Assembly: GCF_006345805.1 (NCBI RefSeq)
Contig: NW_021835989.1
Coordinates: 154,488 to 218,487 of the forward strand
Length of the DNA stretch: 64,000 nucleotides
Direction: 5' to 3'
Source of the DNA: Octopus sinensis
Taxonomy: Eukaryota
Every line of letters begins with the position of its first letter. Within the stretch, counting starts at the first letter, position 1. The position numbers and the translations under genes are program-made. This document shows, piece after piece, positions 49,640 to 62,331 of the stretch. The notes beneath the pieces are model-generated. The model was not told the origin of the DNA and ran no database searches. It saw only the letters and a list, made by a program, of their open reading frames with translations.

Positions 49640-51295
49640 ACTGTGTGTCAAGAGTTGGGCGTCATCTGACCGTGTCCCAGTGCTTCAAATCAAATATGGA
49701 AAAAATCTCAACTCAGTGCTCTCCATTATAAATTATATGACAAATACCGAAGAGCTGGACGACCTCTATTCGACCCTCACGAGTGTATACAGCTCGCTTT
49801 CCGCTTCTCTCTTCATGTTGTGGCGGAGACTGGAAGGCTAGGGCTGGAACTGCCAAACCTAGGGAAACATGCATTGGAGATTATGGAATAACCGCGCCCA
49901 ACACTCCTCGGAGAATCCATGATACAAATTTGCTTTTGCAATACTGCTTCAAGCACCCGGCAAGGCATAAACCACCTGGACTGGGTTTAGAAAAAAAAAC
50001 TTGGAAAATACCATTCCGATTTATACCAGATAGACTATATTTTTGCAGGCAGCATCAAAAGGCCCTTCTGAAAAACTCGAGGTAATATGGTGGACTTGAA
50101 ACCAGCACGACTTGTGTGTTGTCAGGTTAATGATGCTGTACAGAATCCATGGAATAGTGGATAGCCCAAAGGCACTGCCCCAGTACGATACTGAGAGGCT
50201 TGGATACAAAGAGTCCACCAAGCTTCAATATTGTACGAACCTGAAAAACAGCATCGACGTATCGACCAAATACAATCAGCTAACAAGATCTGGGAGGAAA
50301 CAGTTACCGCTTCCAATACGGAATAACGCGGCTGACGTCTTGGTTTCCACACATGGAGCCATTAAAAAGTTGAACGCCGGAAGATCCGCAAGGGCCAGAC
50401 AATATCCCGGCAGAACTGATAAAACACACACCAGTGGAGCTAGCTAGCTCTCTTCAGGAAGACATCCGTTGGATCTTGAAAAAGGATGGCTAATATTACC
50501 ATTACATAAATCCGGGAAAGCTAAAGGCCTCGTTGCAACTTTAGACCAATAATTATACTAACTTCCATACGCAAAAACATTATCCCTCATCGCATTACAC
50601 CGGATAAAAAATAAAGTTAGCAAATTCCTATCCCCTGGCCAAAGTGGTTTTCGTACAGGCATGTTACTGCTGATATTGTTTGGGGGCACAGATGGTTACT
50701 GCGCTCTATTCCGAAATACAAAAAATCTATCGCAATACAAAAAATCTATCGCATTGATATGTCTCGGGCGCTTGATTCTATACAAATGGGAAAACTTATC
50801 GAAGTTCTGAAGAGTTTTCTTCACCCTGACGACGAAATTAAAAAATACACCTGGCACATGCAGAACACTCATCTCTCTGTCAAACTTAGCAAATGCTGTT
50901 CAAACTTTTTCGGCTTCTCGTGGAGTCTCACAGGGGATTCGCTATCTCCCTCCTCTTCGTTGTAAACCTTGAAGCAGCAGCACTAAGAGAGTTCAGAGCT
51001 CTCGTTGGAAACAATTATGAGGAGGATGATTTATGCAGACGATCTGGACTTTGTTTCCGAGGATATTCAAACACTCCAGCACATTCTCAAATGGTTTTTA
51101 TCCGTAAATTTCGAATTAAAACAATACGGAATTTACAATGCTCACACGTACTGATCGAGATCCGACGAATCTTGGAAAGTAAAAGAAACTGGGGCTCGTA
51201 TCTAGGACACTCAGAAGGATGTTACTCGCAGGGGGTGATCCTTGCTATATGAAGTGCATTAAGGGAATTAAGAAAAGACAGAGTGTGCCCAAATA
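49640..51295 (+). mobile_element. RTE-like LINE, copy 2
   Basis: Duplicate of 33490-35115, heavily frameshifted. Confidence 0.82.
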
Positions 51296-51302
51296 AAGGA
51301 TG

Positions 51303-52677
51303 TTAAATGTCCAATTGGTCAAGCCTGTCAGAGTCGAGCAGTCGAGCTGCGCGTGTGGCAGCGGCAGATGGGCGAGTAATGGAGAGATGGAGAGAGAAGG
51401 CGAGAGTGGTGACGTACGTAGTCCGGTAGGTAAATGTTGATAGACAGGGCGTGCGAGAGAGTATTATTATATTAATCTAAATGACTATGAATGTAAACCA
51501 GTCTGAGTGAATTGTGTCGGTGTTGATGAGAGTATTGCGAGGAGTGAGTGAGTGGGGTGGAAAGTGGTGAGGTGGGTGGGGAGGTGAGCAAGTGAGAACT
51601 GTGCAGTGAGGGGGTGTGTGAGTGATGTGAAGGCATGGGTGTGGATGTGAGTAGAATACAATCAGTGTGTGTACATGGTGACGACTCCACTCGCACAGCT
51701 GGGAATGTAAAAAAAGAATACCCGGAGGCAATATAGTGAGGGGACACAGCGAGACATGTGCCCCTGACACACCCCACATCGACGAATTTGTGACAACAGG
51801 CGTGCATTCGAGTGTCCCACACCCAGACAACCCCATCGTCTGCCACCTCAATGCACTACTTAACCCCCATTCATCAATATTTGATTGTTTCCGTAAAAGT
51901 GGCTGGCGGAGGTGTGGTTGTTTCGTGTGTACGTCCGGACCATCTCCCGACTCTGAACATAACACAGCAAACCAACATTCGAATCCATCACGTGCATTGT
52001 CCCTCGCTGCTCCCCTGGAAGGCCAACAACCTCCCATCCATGCTCTCACAAAATGCCCCCAAAGTGCCACTAATGCCTACACTCCCCACATACACACTAC
52101 CTCGACCGGGGGGCACTATCGTCGCCTTTTCTGTCTCCAAGTCGTAGTGAAGGAACGACGTCGACTTGCCTGTCCCCACACACACCCACTCCCACGAATT
52201 TGGCCATTTTTAGGGCAAGGGGTCACGTCCACGGCCGAAATGGAGTGGCACGTCTCCTCATATCCCACGAATTGCAGTGATTGTGTCCCACCAGGATTAG
52301 TCGACTTTGTCCGTGGAATTGTAATGATGGATTGGGGACTAATCACTCATTTCTCCTTCCTACATTCAAGTTGGTCACCACGTCCTCGCATCGGTGGTAC
52401 TCCACCTCCTCTGACCACACTTCATTCCCACACGACTGTTGGTCCTCCACCCATCCTCTCTGCCCACTCACCCTGCCCGTTCACCTTCACAAACTGTCTA
52501 CTCACCACCACACATACTCCTTCCGCAGGTCTTCTCCACTCACTGAGTCCTCCATGTCCGTCCACGCTGCCTTCCTCTTCCCACGCTCACCACCCCTCTC
52601 CAATCTAACACTTTCCTTCCTTCCAAACAGCAGCGATTCCAGTTTAGTTTATCGTCGCTATAATGCGACCTCACCAT
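51303..52677 (-). CDS. UTP18: U3 snoRNA-associated protein 18 (WD40), full-length copy with frameshifts
   Basis: ATG at 52677, then LESLLFG and KAAWTDMED (UTP18 N-terminal motifs), followed by the WD40 repeats also seen in the truncated copy. Confidence 0.78.
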
Positions 52678-52690
52678 CACCACACGTGAT

Positions 52691-54200
52691 TATTATCTAT
52701 TTATTATTTATTTATTTAACCCCCTCAAATTAAGAGGAATCAGGGTCAGACCATAAGTTAAGGACTGATTGTGTTCTCGTGTATTACTTGTTAGGAGAGT
52801 GGCTGATGATTTGGTGTGATAGGGATAGTCCGTTTAGAGTGATCCAGTAATGCGTATATGAACAGAGATACATTTTCGGGTGGTGTAGGAATGTCACTTA
52901 GGTAAGTGTTGGGATAGGACTGAGCCCTGAGGTACTCCATTGCATGTATTTGAGCGTCTTTTGATGAGTTGGACATAACCTTGTCTCCCACTGAGGTAAT
53001 TGGATATCCATTGTTTTGAGTTATTTGTGTTGATGATTTTCGATTGTTTGAGTTAACGATTCTGTTTATTGTTTTGAAGAGTGTTTTTGTTTTGTAGTTG
53101 AGTGTATTGGCGAACTGACGCCACTTTTCATCGTTCCTTTCCTTGAATTTGTTAGATATCTTCTTGTTTAATTCCCTTAGTCGGGTGGCAATATCCGTGG
53201 TTCCTGACCGAGACGTATTGTGTCTAAGGTTGTCACGAGTTTTTATTAAATCTGCTATTTCCTTGGAGTAGTTCGGGTTGTATTTCCTTAGGTTCCGCAT
53301 GGGGATGGTCTTTTCGCTCGCTGCTTTCGAGATAATATCGGTGAAAAGCTTGTTGGATTTATGTATATTTGACAGGCGTTTGTCCCCGGTAATTTCCAAG
53401 AAAAGTTTTCGGTTTCGTTTTTTTAAAGGCTTCATTTGGCTCTTTTGTAGTACGAACGTGTTATTGTTGGAATGTTGATTAGGACATGAGTTTGTATTAG
53501 GGTTGGTCTATGATAGTTGATTGATTGTGTTCCATGTGGAATTAGGTTTGGAGAGCAGAAGGAGATATCCGGAGAGGTGGTGTTGTGTTTTGATTGGCTG
53601 GTGGGTGTATTTTGTGGGGTTGTTGAGGATGAATTGACAAATGTGTTGTGTGCATTCAAGTCCCTGACGAGAAGGAGATTATTCATGTCGTAGAAAGTTT
53701 CAAGATGAGGATTGTATGAGCATGGAATAGTAGTTGAGGTTGGGGGATGTAGATGTTGATTATACTGAAATGGATTTCATGTTATTTTTTATTTGGATGG
53801 ATTTTAGCTCGGTTTTTTTATCGGCCTTATGTTTGAAATCGTTTGATGTTTCGATATATGAGATTTTTTTACTGATGAACGTAATCAGGCCCCCATCGGA
53901 CGAGGGTCTGTCAAGTCGTATAGTCGAATAATCTGGAATTTTGGGCGTTTAATGTTTTTCATTTAATTTGCTTTGTTGTATTAAGGCAATATCGATGTTG
54001 TTGAGATAATAAAGTGTTTGAGCTCCATGAGTTTGTTTTGGATTCCGTTGATGTTCAATTGGAGAATATTTATCTTATTCCGACGCTTTGGACTGTTAAT
54101 GGTGTGATCCTTTTGGATCTGCCGGCTTTTAGCCTTGGCCGCCTGGGAGTGTCACCCGGGGGACTATTATTATTTGTTATTATTTTAGCAAATTCCGTAG
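52691..54200 (-). mobile_element. Jockey/I-group LINE with APE endonuclease; RT deleted, 3' end and (AAAT)n tail kept
   Basis: IDIALIQQTKL, RLDRP..DGGLITFI, LLVRDLNAH, SPDISFCS and the post-APE helical region. Tail at 52691-52718. The 3' motif AGGGTCAGACCATAAGTTAAGGA recurs with one mismatch at ~59409. Confidence 0.8.
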
Positions 54201-54224
54201 GGAGATAAACAGAAAAGTTATTTT

Positions 54225-54410
54225 TACACGTGCCACACACGACACGACCTTCTGTACCGACGATTTCCAGTTTCCGCTGTTTTGGGCGAATATCCGAAGT
54301 TCGTCGAGAGCATCACAAGTCTTCAGGGTTTTCTTTAAAAGCCTCAAGTCGTCTTGCAGAACAAACGGTAGGGTTGTGTCGTCCTCGGAATTTTACGTCA
54401 TCTGATAGGA
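54225..54410 (-). mobile_element. RTE-like 3'-end fragment
   Basis: KTCDALDELRIFAQNSGNWKSSVQKV resembles RTE C-termini. Confidence 0.4.
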
Positions 54411-57400
54411 AGTATTCTTCCATGGTCACGTAGGGATTCCATGTCAAGACAATTGAATAAACTCTACATTTGCTCATCGACAGTTCGTTTGCAAGCAGAT
54501 AGTATTTGTGAAATTTCTCCACTTTAACTTGCTTTAAACGATCTTGTGAGGTAATCCCCACCTCGATTAATTTATTTCTTTTTCCTCACACACAAAAATG
54601 TCATTATTGACACAACCAAATGTCCTTTCAATTTCCTGTTTCGCCGAATTCTATACTTTCAACATACAGTCTTCCCTCTATTGCTCGCCATTTTTGGGAC
54701 CAAGCCAAAATTGGCGAGTAAGAGAAATAATCAATATCCTATTTTCTATCAACAAAAAATTTTATAATTTTTAACTATCTAAACATTTAAATAAATAGCC
54801 GAAACATTTATTAAAAAAACCAAATTTTAAGTAAAGTATCATTTATAGTTTTTTTGTATGATCTTTTCTCTATCTATATTTTTTTGCATTTTTAATAAAC
54901 TTTCTAGCATATCACATCAAAATTATCGTCATGTGAAAAATATTTTTGAGGTCCGAAATACATTTTATCGCATCTCGATGTGTAATACAGTTGTTTCTTT
55001 CACAATCTTCAGTAATTGAATTACAAAAAAGTGGCGAGTTATAGAAATGGCGAGCAATAGAATTGGCGAGCAATAGAGGGTAAACTGTATGTGAAGATGG
55101 ACATACTTAACCACCTCATTATGCCTTCGGAGATAATCACTGTTTAGCATCCCACCACACCGCGTGGCTAGATGGTTAACAGTCTTCTTGCTTTTTTGCA
55201 ATGACGGAGAGTGATCCTGCGTATGTAAAAAACAAATTCTTATCTTGTAAAAAACAGTACAATTCTTCGCACCGTGGACTATTATTCCCTTTCGATAGCT
55301 ATTGCGAAGAAGTAGATTGATTCCTTCATACATTTAAACATCACCGAGTGTTGTGATTTACAGCTGATTCGGCTAAGCAAAAGTTTTCTTTGAGCATCCT
55401 TCAATGTTCAGATTTTTCTCCGCCGACAGCTGCATATTTGGAGGCAAGAAATTCTGCGATTGTGGGATTTTGAAGTGCCATTTCTCGTTTTAATTATTCG
55501 GAGAATATCCGACCTCCTCAGACAGATAGTTGACTGTTTTTCCAAACTTTTAAGAAACTGTTGAATTATTAATTCGCTTTAAAAGAAATTGAGGCAAGTT
55601 ATTTTCCAAGCGTGTGAAATCCAAACAACCTCTCCTTATTTGCAGACTGGAGATGTAACTTTGTAAGCAATCGGCGTATTTGTTGGTCAATTTCGTTAAA
55701 TTCGTACGTTTTGATATTAATTACTCGATATAATAATTATATAGGGATAATGCATATTCATTAATGCCACAAAACAAATCCACAGCATTCAGCTTTGTTT
55801 TTGACAACATAATTATCCTTTTCTTGACATTCTCCAGTATGGAGTCCATAACTTTATTCTTGGGAACATTACTTCCTCTGTCTTCAAGTACACCCAAGTA
55901 CCGATATCCCTGATTCCATCCACAGTCTCACAGAATGTCTCGACGAAATCGGCAAGTTTGGCATTAACACATTTTTTACAAGTTTATACAAAGTTGGTAT
56001 ACACTTTATAGAGCTAAGTCCTTCGGAGTGTCACAATCACGTTTTTTAGTGATAAAGTATGTTACCCCAGTGTAAAACCAGCTATGAGGCATATACTCTC
56101 CGTTAGTTATTCGAACTATCTCTTTACACAGAAACACGTGCAAAAAGTCCAACTTTTTGATGAAAAAGTTATACGTTCCGTAACATCCACATGCCCTCCA
56201 GTCTGATGCATATTCGAGCATATCCATAATAAAATCACATGTGAATTGAAGTCGCGTGGTTTTACCCTCTCGCCTTCAGTAGACTTCACATCCACAAAAT
56301 CATAAACTACGCCCCCATATTTTTCTTGCTCCATACATTTTCCCAAAATGACAAGCACTCCTCATCACCAAACGCATATAGACTGGCCTCATTGGTCGAA
56401 GATAAATTTCGGAAAAGTCTTCTGCTGTTTAATTCAGCTTCGTTCAGGAGATCAGGTCCCGCATGTCTGTTATCACAGGCGACGCCCGCGAATCAAGATG
56501 GTTTTTTGAGCGGATATCCCTTGCGATAGTACGCTCTAATTCTTTCTCGATCGCGTCGGCTTCCCGTCCATGAAGCTTTCGAACACTTGTCCGAATTTTT
56601 TTTTCGTAATAAACAATCATTTAAAAAAAAATTCAAAACACGTCTTTCCGGAAATCCTTTTTCGAGGTATGAATTGATATCTGTTTCTTTTATTCTGATT
56701 AGATCTTTCAATAGGGTCTCAATTCTGATTAGCTCCCCCTCCACTTAGACTGTTTATATCCGTAGCCACAGAGAACATTCATTGCATTTTGCTTTTCGGC
56801 ATGAGGAAAAGTTTGTTTGAAAAAAGACAAGTTCAATTTCTGCTTTTAATTTAGAGATGTTTCTTTCCGTGTTTTCCAACCACGTACTCTGTGATCTGGC
56901 ACTCGTAGTTAAAGCCAGATAAGCACACTGTGCAGCATATGGGTAATCTGAATAATATCTTTTGTCGGATTATCTTTTGTAATTAATAAATTGCAGAGTT
57001 TAATCCAGCTAGGATGTCAGATTTGACCATCCTTCGCTTGACCTTTGGAGTTGACTTTCCGAAATCTCTCTAAATAGACTAGTTCCTCAAAGCAATTTCT
57101 AAAACTGGAGATTTCAACGTCCACGTTTCTGAAACTGCCAGAGTCGTATTTCTTTTCCACATTGTTATTCCGTCTAGCCATGCTCTTCAGTTGGCATAAA
57201 GTGGGGCACCTTCTCATTGGAACTTCAGCAGGACAAGGCCACCTCCTGTCCCGTCTTTGCTTCATGGCAAGGGAAATCTGAAACATCCATTCTCCTTCAG
57301 AGACACCGTTGACATTTCCAATGATCGCAGAAAGAGAATGCAAGTTAGTTTTAGGAGTATCCCACAGGAGACATTCCTGTTTCTTTAAACTATTTTTATC

Positions 57401-57500
57401 TGCAGGAAGGCCCATAGGTTTCGTTTTCATTAACTGTTTGGAAAAGTAAATGCACACATCATAACACAAATATATTAATTCGACATGAAACAATTAATTT
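54400..57500 (-). mobile_element. Second R4/Dong-like retrotransposon, degenerate, retaining the CCHC and RLE region
   Basis: EISSFRNC parallels EISNFRDC in the first R4 element. WFYTGVTYFI..K, YLGVLED, NHLATRC...YLRRHNEVVKYVHL and GITSQDRLKQVKVEKFHKY.LLANEL. Confidence 0.8.
54667..55087. mobile_element. pogo/Tc1-mariner-type MITE, 421 bp, 24-bp TIRs, TA TSD
   Basis: TA|CAGTCTTCCCTCTATTGCTCGCCA...TGGCGAGCAATAGAGGGTAAACTG|TA (2 mismatches). Removing it rejoins the R4 frame VKYVHLHIC.KY. Confidence 0.88.
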
Positions 57501-57733
57501 TGTCTTATTTTTGTAACATTTAATGTCTAAAAATGGGAGTTGCGAGTTTTAGGAAACAAAATTTTATCTATAAAAGTCCAAATAAATTTTCTATCTAGCG
57601 ATTGTTAAAATGTTTGTTCTAGTATTATTGTTTTCAACTTCTGGCATGTTTGGTATCAGCCCGATGTATTCACAAGTAATTTGTTTATAATCAGCTTTTA
57701 TTAGATTTATTGTATTGGGAGGATGACATAATA

Positions 57734-58647
57734 ATGAATGACCCAAATGTTTTGATCTTGAAGGTTAAAATTGTCAAATAAAATGTTAATTTTAGAAGTA
57801 CGTGAAGAATTATTTAAAGATCTCTACCATCATGTAACAAGATTTTGTGGAGATATAAAATATTATATTCATTACATGGGTTTGAAATTTCGAAATATAG
57901 TATAGAATATCCACACGCACACTATTTTATAGACAAAGACGGAAACGTTGAAGTTTGTGTCCAACGGAAATATCGTAAACATTTAACTGAAGACAGAGTA
58001 GTAATGGTTTATATGTTGAGTATATAATTTAAAGGTGAAAAACGGAACTGACTATGGAATAGTGGATACCATAACATTAACCACAATAGAAGGAACAGAA
58101 GGAACTGATTTTTTTTTCAGATATCATCTAACTGACCAGAAGTTTAAAACACATTTTGGTATTTTATACAAGATTAAAAATAGTTTTTCCGTATCTTCTT
58201 GAAGAACTCATTATAGACTACTATCAAAACACTTATCTTAATTTCTTCTTGGAAACAAAAAAAACTGAATTTACGGCGGGTGATATATGTATTTATATTG
58301 ACGACTATTCACTTTGTGAACCAATCATAAATAGTTATAAATTTCTAAATTCATTATTAGACGTTGCTTCTATGGAACTATGGAATCTAAAAGCAGACGT
58401 AATTTATCTTTCTTTAGAATTCAACCTACCTCGTGGACATACGGAATTTTATTTTATGAATAAAACCTTCAAAAGAACTGGCGAATATCTTCCTCTTAAC
58501 GAAGACACCGATACAGAAATATACAGAATCGGAACAGAACTGACGGAATGGAAACAAAAAAATAGTTCACAAATAAGTACGAAACAAGATTCGATGGAAG
58601 TATCACAGGAAAAAAACAAAATAGAAAAAAAATGTTCGTTTAATTAA
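57734..58647 (+). CDS. Hypothetical protein, intron-containing, no recognisable family
   Basis: ATG, two GT-AG micro-introns (GTTAAAATTG...TTTTAG; GTTTATATG...TTTAAAG) and long open frames including 58156-58647. Confidence 0.5.
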
Positions 58648-59404
58648 ATGAAATTGTAGACATATATATATATTCGGTTTCATCAGTTGTTGCTGCGATT
58701 CTTATTATCACTTCCATGATAGGTAATCAAAAATTGTTTAATATAAGTTTTAATACGCTGGATCAAATCAAGAAGATCAGAAAAAATTTACGAGAAAATA
58801 AATACATACTTAACTGGATTCTCATTTCGTCAAGAAACTAATAAATTAGTTGATGGCTTTACGAGAAGCTGGGCCACCCTGGCGAGTAGAAAAGTCATTC
58901 CCACGGATCATGGCGATCGACAGACGTTCCAAGATGACTCTTATAATTAATTAAGCAAATAGACAAATATAATCGGATTTTAAATTAATTATTAATTTGT
59001 TTGAATAAGAGTTATTGCAGTCAACCCTCGCAGATTAGCCCTTTTTGATACGTGAAAATTTTATGGCCATATTGAGAAATGACCAATCTGGAAAAAATCA
59101 ATACTCAAAAAAATTAAAATAAACACGTTTAATTTAATGAGTTTTTAGACTTGGCTGTCCTTTTTTCCCACGCGTACAAACTGAAAATTTTACTTTATCC
59201 AGAAAAATGATGTTTTATATTCGATTTCAATTTGTAAGTGGTAGTGTCAGCATTTCGTCCCCACTGGTATTTTCGTTACCCCGGGTATCATCAAGCAAAA
59301 GAAAAAATGCTAGATTTGGCACATCGTGTTATTAAAGAAGCCAACGTTTCCAATATACACACTGAAAATTGGGATGAATGCGACACGAAGAAACCGACAG
59401 ACCT

Positions 59405-60790
59405 CTTAGGGTCACACCATAAGTTAAGGAGGGAGTTAATTCTATATGATCTTATAGCGGTGAGGTTTTTGCTATCAAGGACGACGTGCGTTACTGTGTG
59501 TCGTCAGTCATGCCAGATTGGACAGGACGGATTGACGTCCTTATTAAGTTTGTTTTGATAGTTGAGGAGCAAAGGGTTATGCCCACAGCGAAATCTTGCG
59601 AGTTTGACCCGATCTTACGGCTGAGATCTTTTTCAGCTGATTTATATTTTTGGGAGGGATTGTTAAGGATATTATTATACAATCAAAACCACCGTTTAAA
59701 ACCCAAAATAACTAATCAGGTGATCCCAGCTTCTTTAAGGAGGCTCCTCATTTTTTCCTGACGTTCCTCCCTTGTTCTCGCACATTTCTTGTAAGGGCGC
59801 AGTATGTGTGTCATTGCGAATGTCGTTCCCCTGTTTTTCGCAAGATCTCCTCAAAAGTAGAAACATTTAGTTTTTCGTTTGGTTCTTTTAGAGTTTTGCA
59901 AATTCTTGATTGAATTTTCAAAATTTTTTCCGATTGGTGTAGCAAATTGTGGGTTCCATGTACTGCTTGCAGTCGGCTCGACCACTGTCTGAATTTTCGA
60001 AGGAAAACTCTAAGTATGGTGAGTTTTTTCATAAATCTCGTGATCACATCATTCACTTGCTGCGAGAAAGACATATGGGTGCCATATGTTACTCCCAAAA
60101 TATTTTTCGATTTTCGGAATGGTATCTCCACATTTCTCTACTTCCGCTTTCCAGAGTCTCTTTGCTGAAGTAAAAAAGATAGTAATCGAATTTCCTGGAC
60201 TTGTTGATAGCAATCACCCTTCAAGACCGTAGAGGTAGTTTTGCAGCTTTTCCGCTGCTATTGTGACCTCTTGGTTTGCGAGAGGCAACTACAATATCAT
60301 CCGCATATGATAGAACAATTACATCTTCAGCTTTTGACATCGGGAGCTCTGATAAATATAGAAAAGAGCTGGCGAGCCTTGAGGTACTCCATTTTGAAAA
60401 TACTTCGAGCTTGATTTTGTACTTTTCCTATAGATTCTTCCTCACCGCCCAGTGAGAAAATTAGCTATCAACTTTTTAGGATGGAGAGAATATTGCTGAG
60501 AAATATTTTCCTAGTCAGTATTCCACATGGGGATGTGTCTTTTCGCTTCTTTCGAGATAATATCAGTGAAAAGCTTGTTAAATTTATGTATATTTGACAA
60601 ATGTTTGTCTTCCGTAATTTCCGAGAAAGGTTTTTCTGTTTCGTTTTTATAGAGGCTCCATTTGGCTCTTTTGTAGTTTACTGTTTATTGTTCGGAATGA
60701 TTATTAGGACATGAGTTTGTATTGGGATTGGTATATGATCTGATGATAGTTGATTGATTGTGTTCCATGTGGCATTTGATGTTACGTTTG
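59405..60790 (-). mobile_element. Jockey/I-group LINE, degenerate, same family as 52691-54200
   Basis: 60540-60780 aligns by eye with 53320-53570. YADDIVVAS, NILGVTYGTHMSFSQQV (compare the 4855 ORF) and the shared 3' motif. Confidence 0.8.
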
Positions 60791-60819
60791 AAGAGCAGAA
60801 GGAGATATCTGAAGTTACT

Positions 60820-61380
60820 AAACCTCAAACTATGACTAGCAAACTTTTTGAGTGCCCGTCGAGGCTTTTTATGGCTGAATAACTCTGTTTCTAAACGGTT
60901 ACCAAACCGTGTCCTCAGGGGTCACAAATGTCTTCAATTCTTATCAACCTTTATATGAGCGACATTTCAATCACTATTCACCAGGACGACATCTTACTGA
61001 TGATATCATCATAGGATCAAGGGATCAAAATCTACTCACAACAATCCAAAGATTTTAAGGAAATATCTACTTGGCTATGTACAAACCAGCCCGAAAAACA
61101 TGACCCCTATTTACGACAAAACTCAATTTGTTTACGACAAAAAACGCAGAAATACTCGGTGTGTTTTTTGCCACCCAATTCTCATTCTCTGAGCATATGA
61201 CACTCTTACACTATCAAGAAGATTAAACTTTTTAAAACCTTTCTGGTTCATGCACGGGAATACAAAAACCCTGGTTTAACACAATATACAAACTATGTCA
61301 AACCCTCTATTGGTTATGCTTGTATTGCCTGGGGATCATATCTCAAAACAAATCTGCTCGAACCTACAGCGGAAGGCTGA
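60820..61380 (+). mobile_element. Degenerate LINE RT fragment
   Basis: PQGSQMSSILINLYMSDI, ILGVFFATQFSFSEH and YVKPSIGYACIAWG. Confidence 0.6.
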
Positions 61381-61587
61381 TAAGTCTATCTCCAGTTTTA
61401 CTGAAATATGAATAAATAAAATAATATTTGGGACTGGTCTTTATTTCTGTGGCCATTTCGAGTTAATATTCAAAAAAGTTAGTCTGAAATTTGTGAATAT
61501 CAAAAACTTTTGAATTTTTATTTAAAACAACATATACATTTAATTAATAATAAATTATCGTTGGTTGATTCTCCTTGTGACACATAA

Positions 61588-62221
61588 ATGAGCAAACCCG
61601 CATTGAAAATGCTGCAAATTGACTGGACTAAATTTGTGCAGAACATTCCCTCAAAATACAAGAACTTGGCCAAAACCCTGCGCAGTACATCCACTAAATA
61701 CGAGACCAAGTAATCGCCTCCTATTTATACTCAGAATGAACCAATTCCCAGCCACACTCCAACAAATCGATTGGAAATACTACGAATCCATATTGGGCAC
61801 AGACTCACCGGAATTGGCACTATATAAGAACAATGTGAGGACTAATGACTGAATTGTGTAGTATGGGAAGGTCACCGTGGACTACCCTGTTGACAAAGAC
61901 AACCAGTCTGCCCAGATTGACCACCTGGAACGACAAGCAGTTCTGTCTTTTTCCTATCCGTAGACAGCAGAAATAGAGGAGTTCAAAAACCAGTATTCTG
62001 GCATATTACAACACCTGGAGGAGTCGGTATGTTCTGGTTGTGAGTGGTAGGTGACAGCAATCAAGTCCCTTCCACGTATAGAGGACATGAACTATGAAAT
62101 GATGATGTATTACTTCCCCAGAGATGTCTCCTTCAATCTACAACGACGGTTTCGATTCTATCCCTATGTTGGAGTCCACCAGCCTGACTCGAAGGAGTCT
62201 TATTTCCCGGTCGTTAATTAA
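61588..62221 (+). CDS. ATP5PD: Mitochondrial ATP synthase subunit d, 5 exons, 177 aa
   Basis: ALKMLQIDWTKF...IDWKYYES...YP motifs. Introns 61710-61734, 61835-61861, 61940-61963 and 62027-62050 (25, 27, 24, 24 nt) give an uninterrupted 534-nt CDS. Confidence 0.9.
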
Positions 62222-62331
62222 TTACTGACTGTTTTACTAATATTGTTTGATTAATTTAATTATTTATTTAAATGTTTTTGGTTAGATATTAAATAATGTA
62301 GTGACGTAATATTACATTAGTTGTTGGTGGT

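Larger units (their letters stand above)
35981..52211. repeat. Tandem segmental duplication, unit 2 (~16.2 kb)
   Basis: Colinear copy of 19870-35986 with substitutions, small indels and more frameshifts towards its 3' end. Confidence 0.95.

Noticed and set aside
59238-59400. ENWDEC motif hinting at another PIF1/Helitron fragment
   Set aside because: Surrounding residues do not match helicase motifs.
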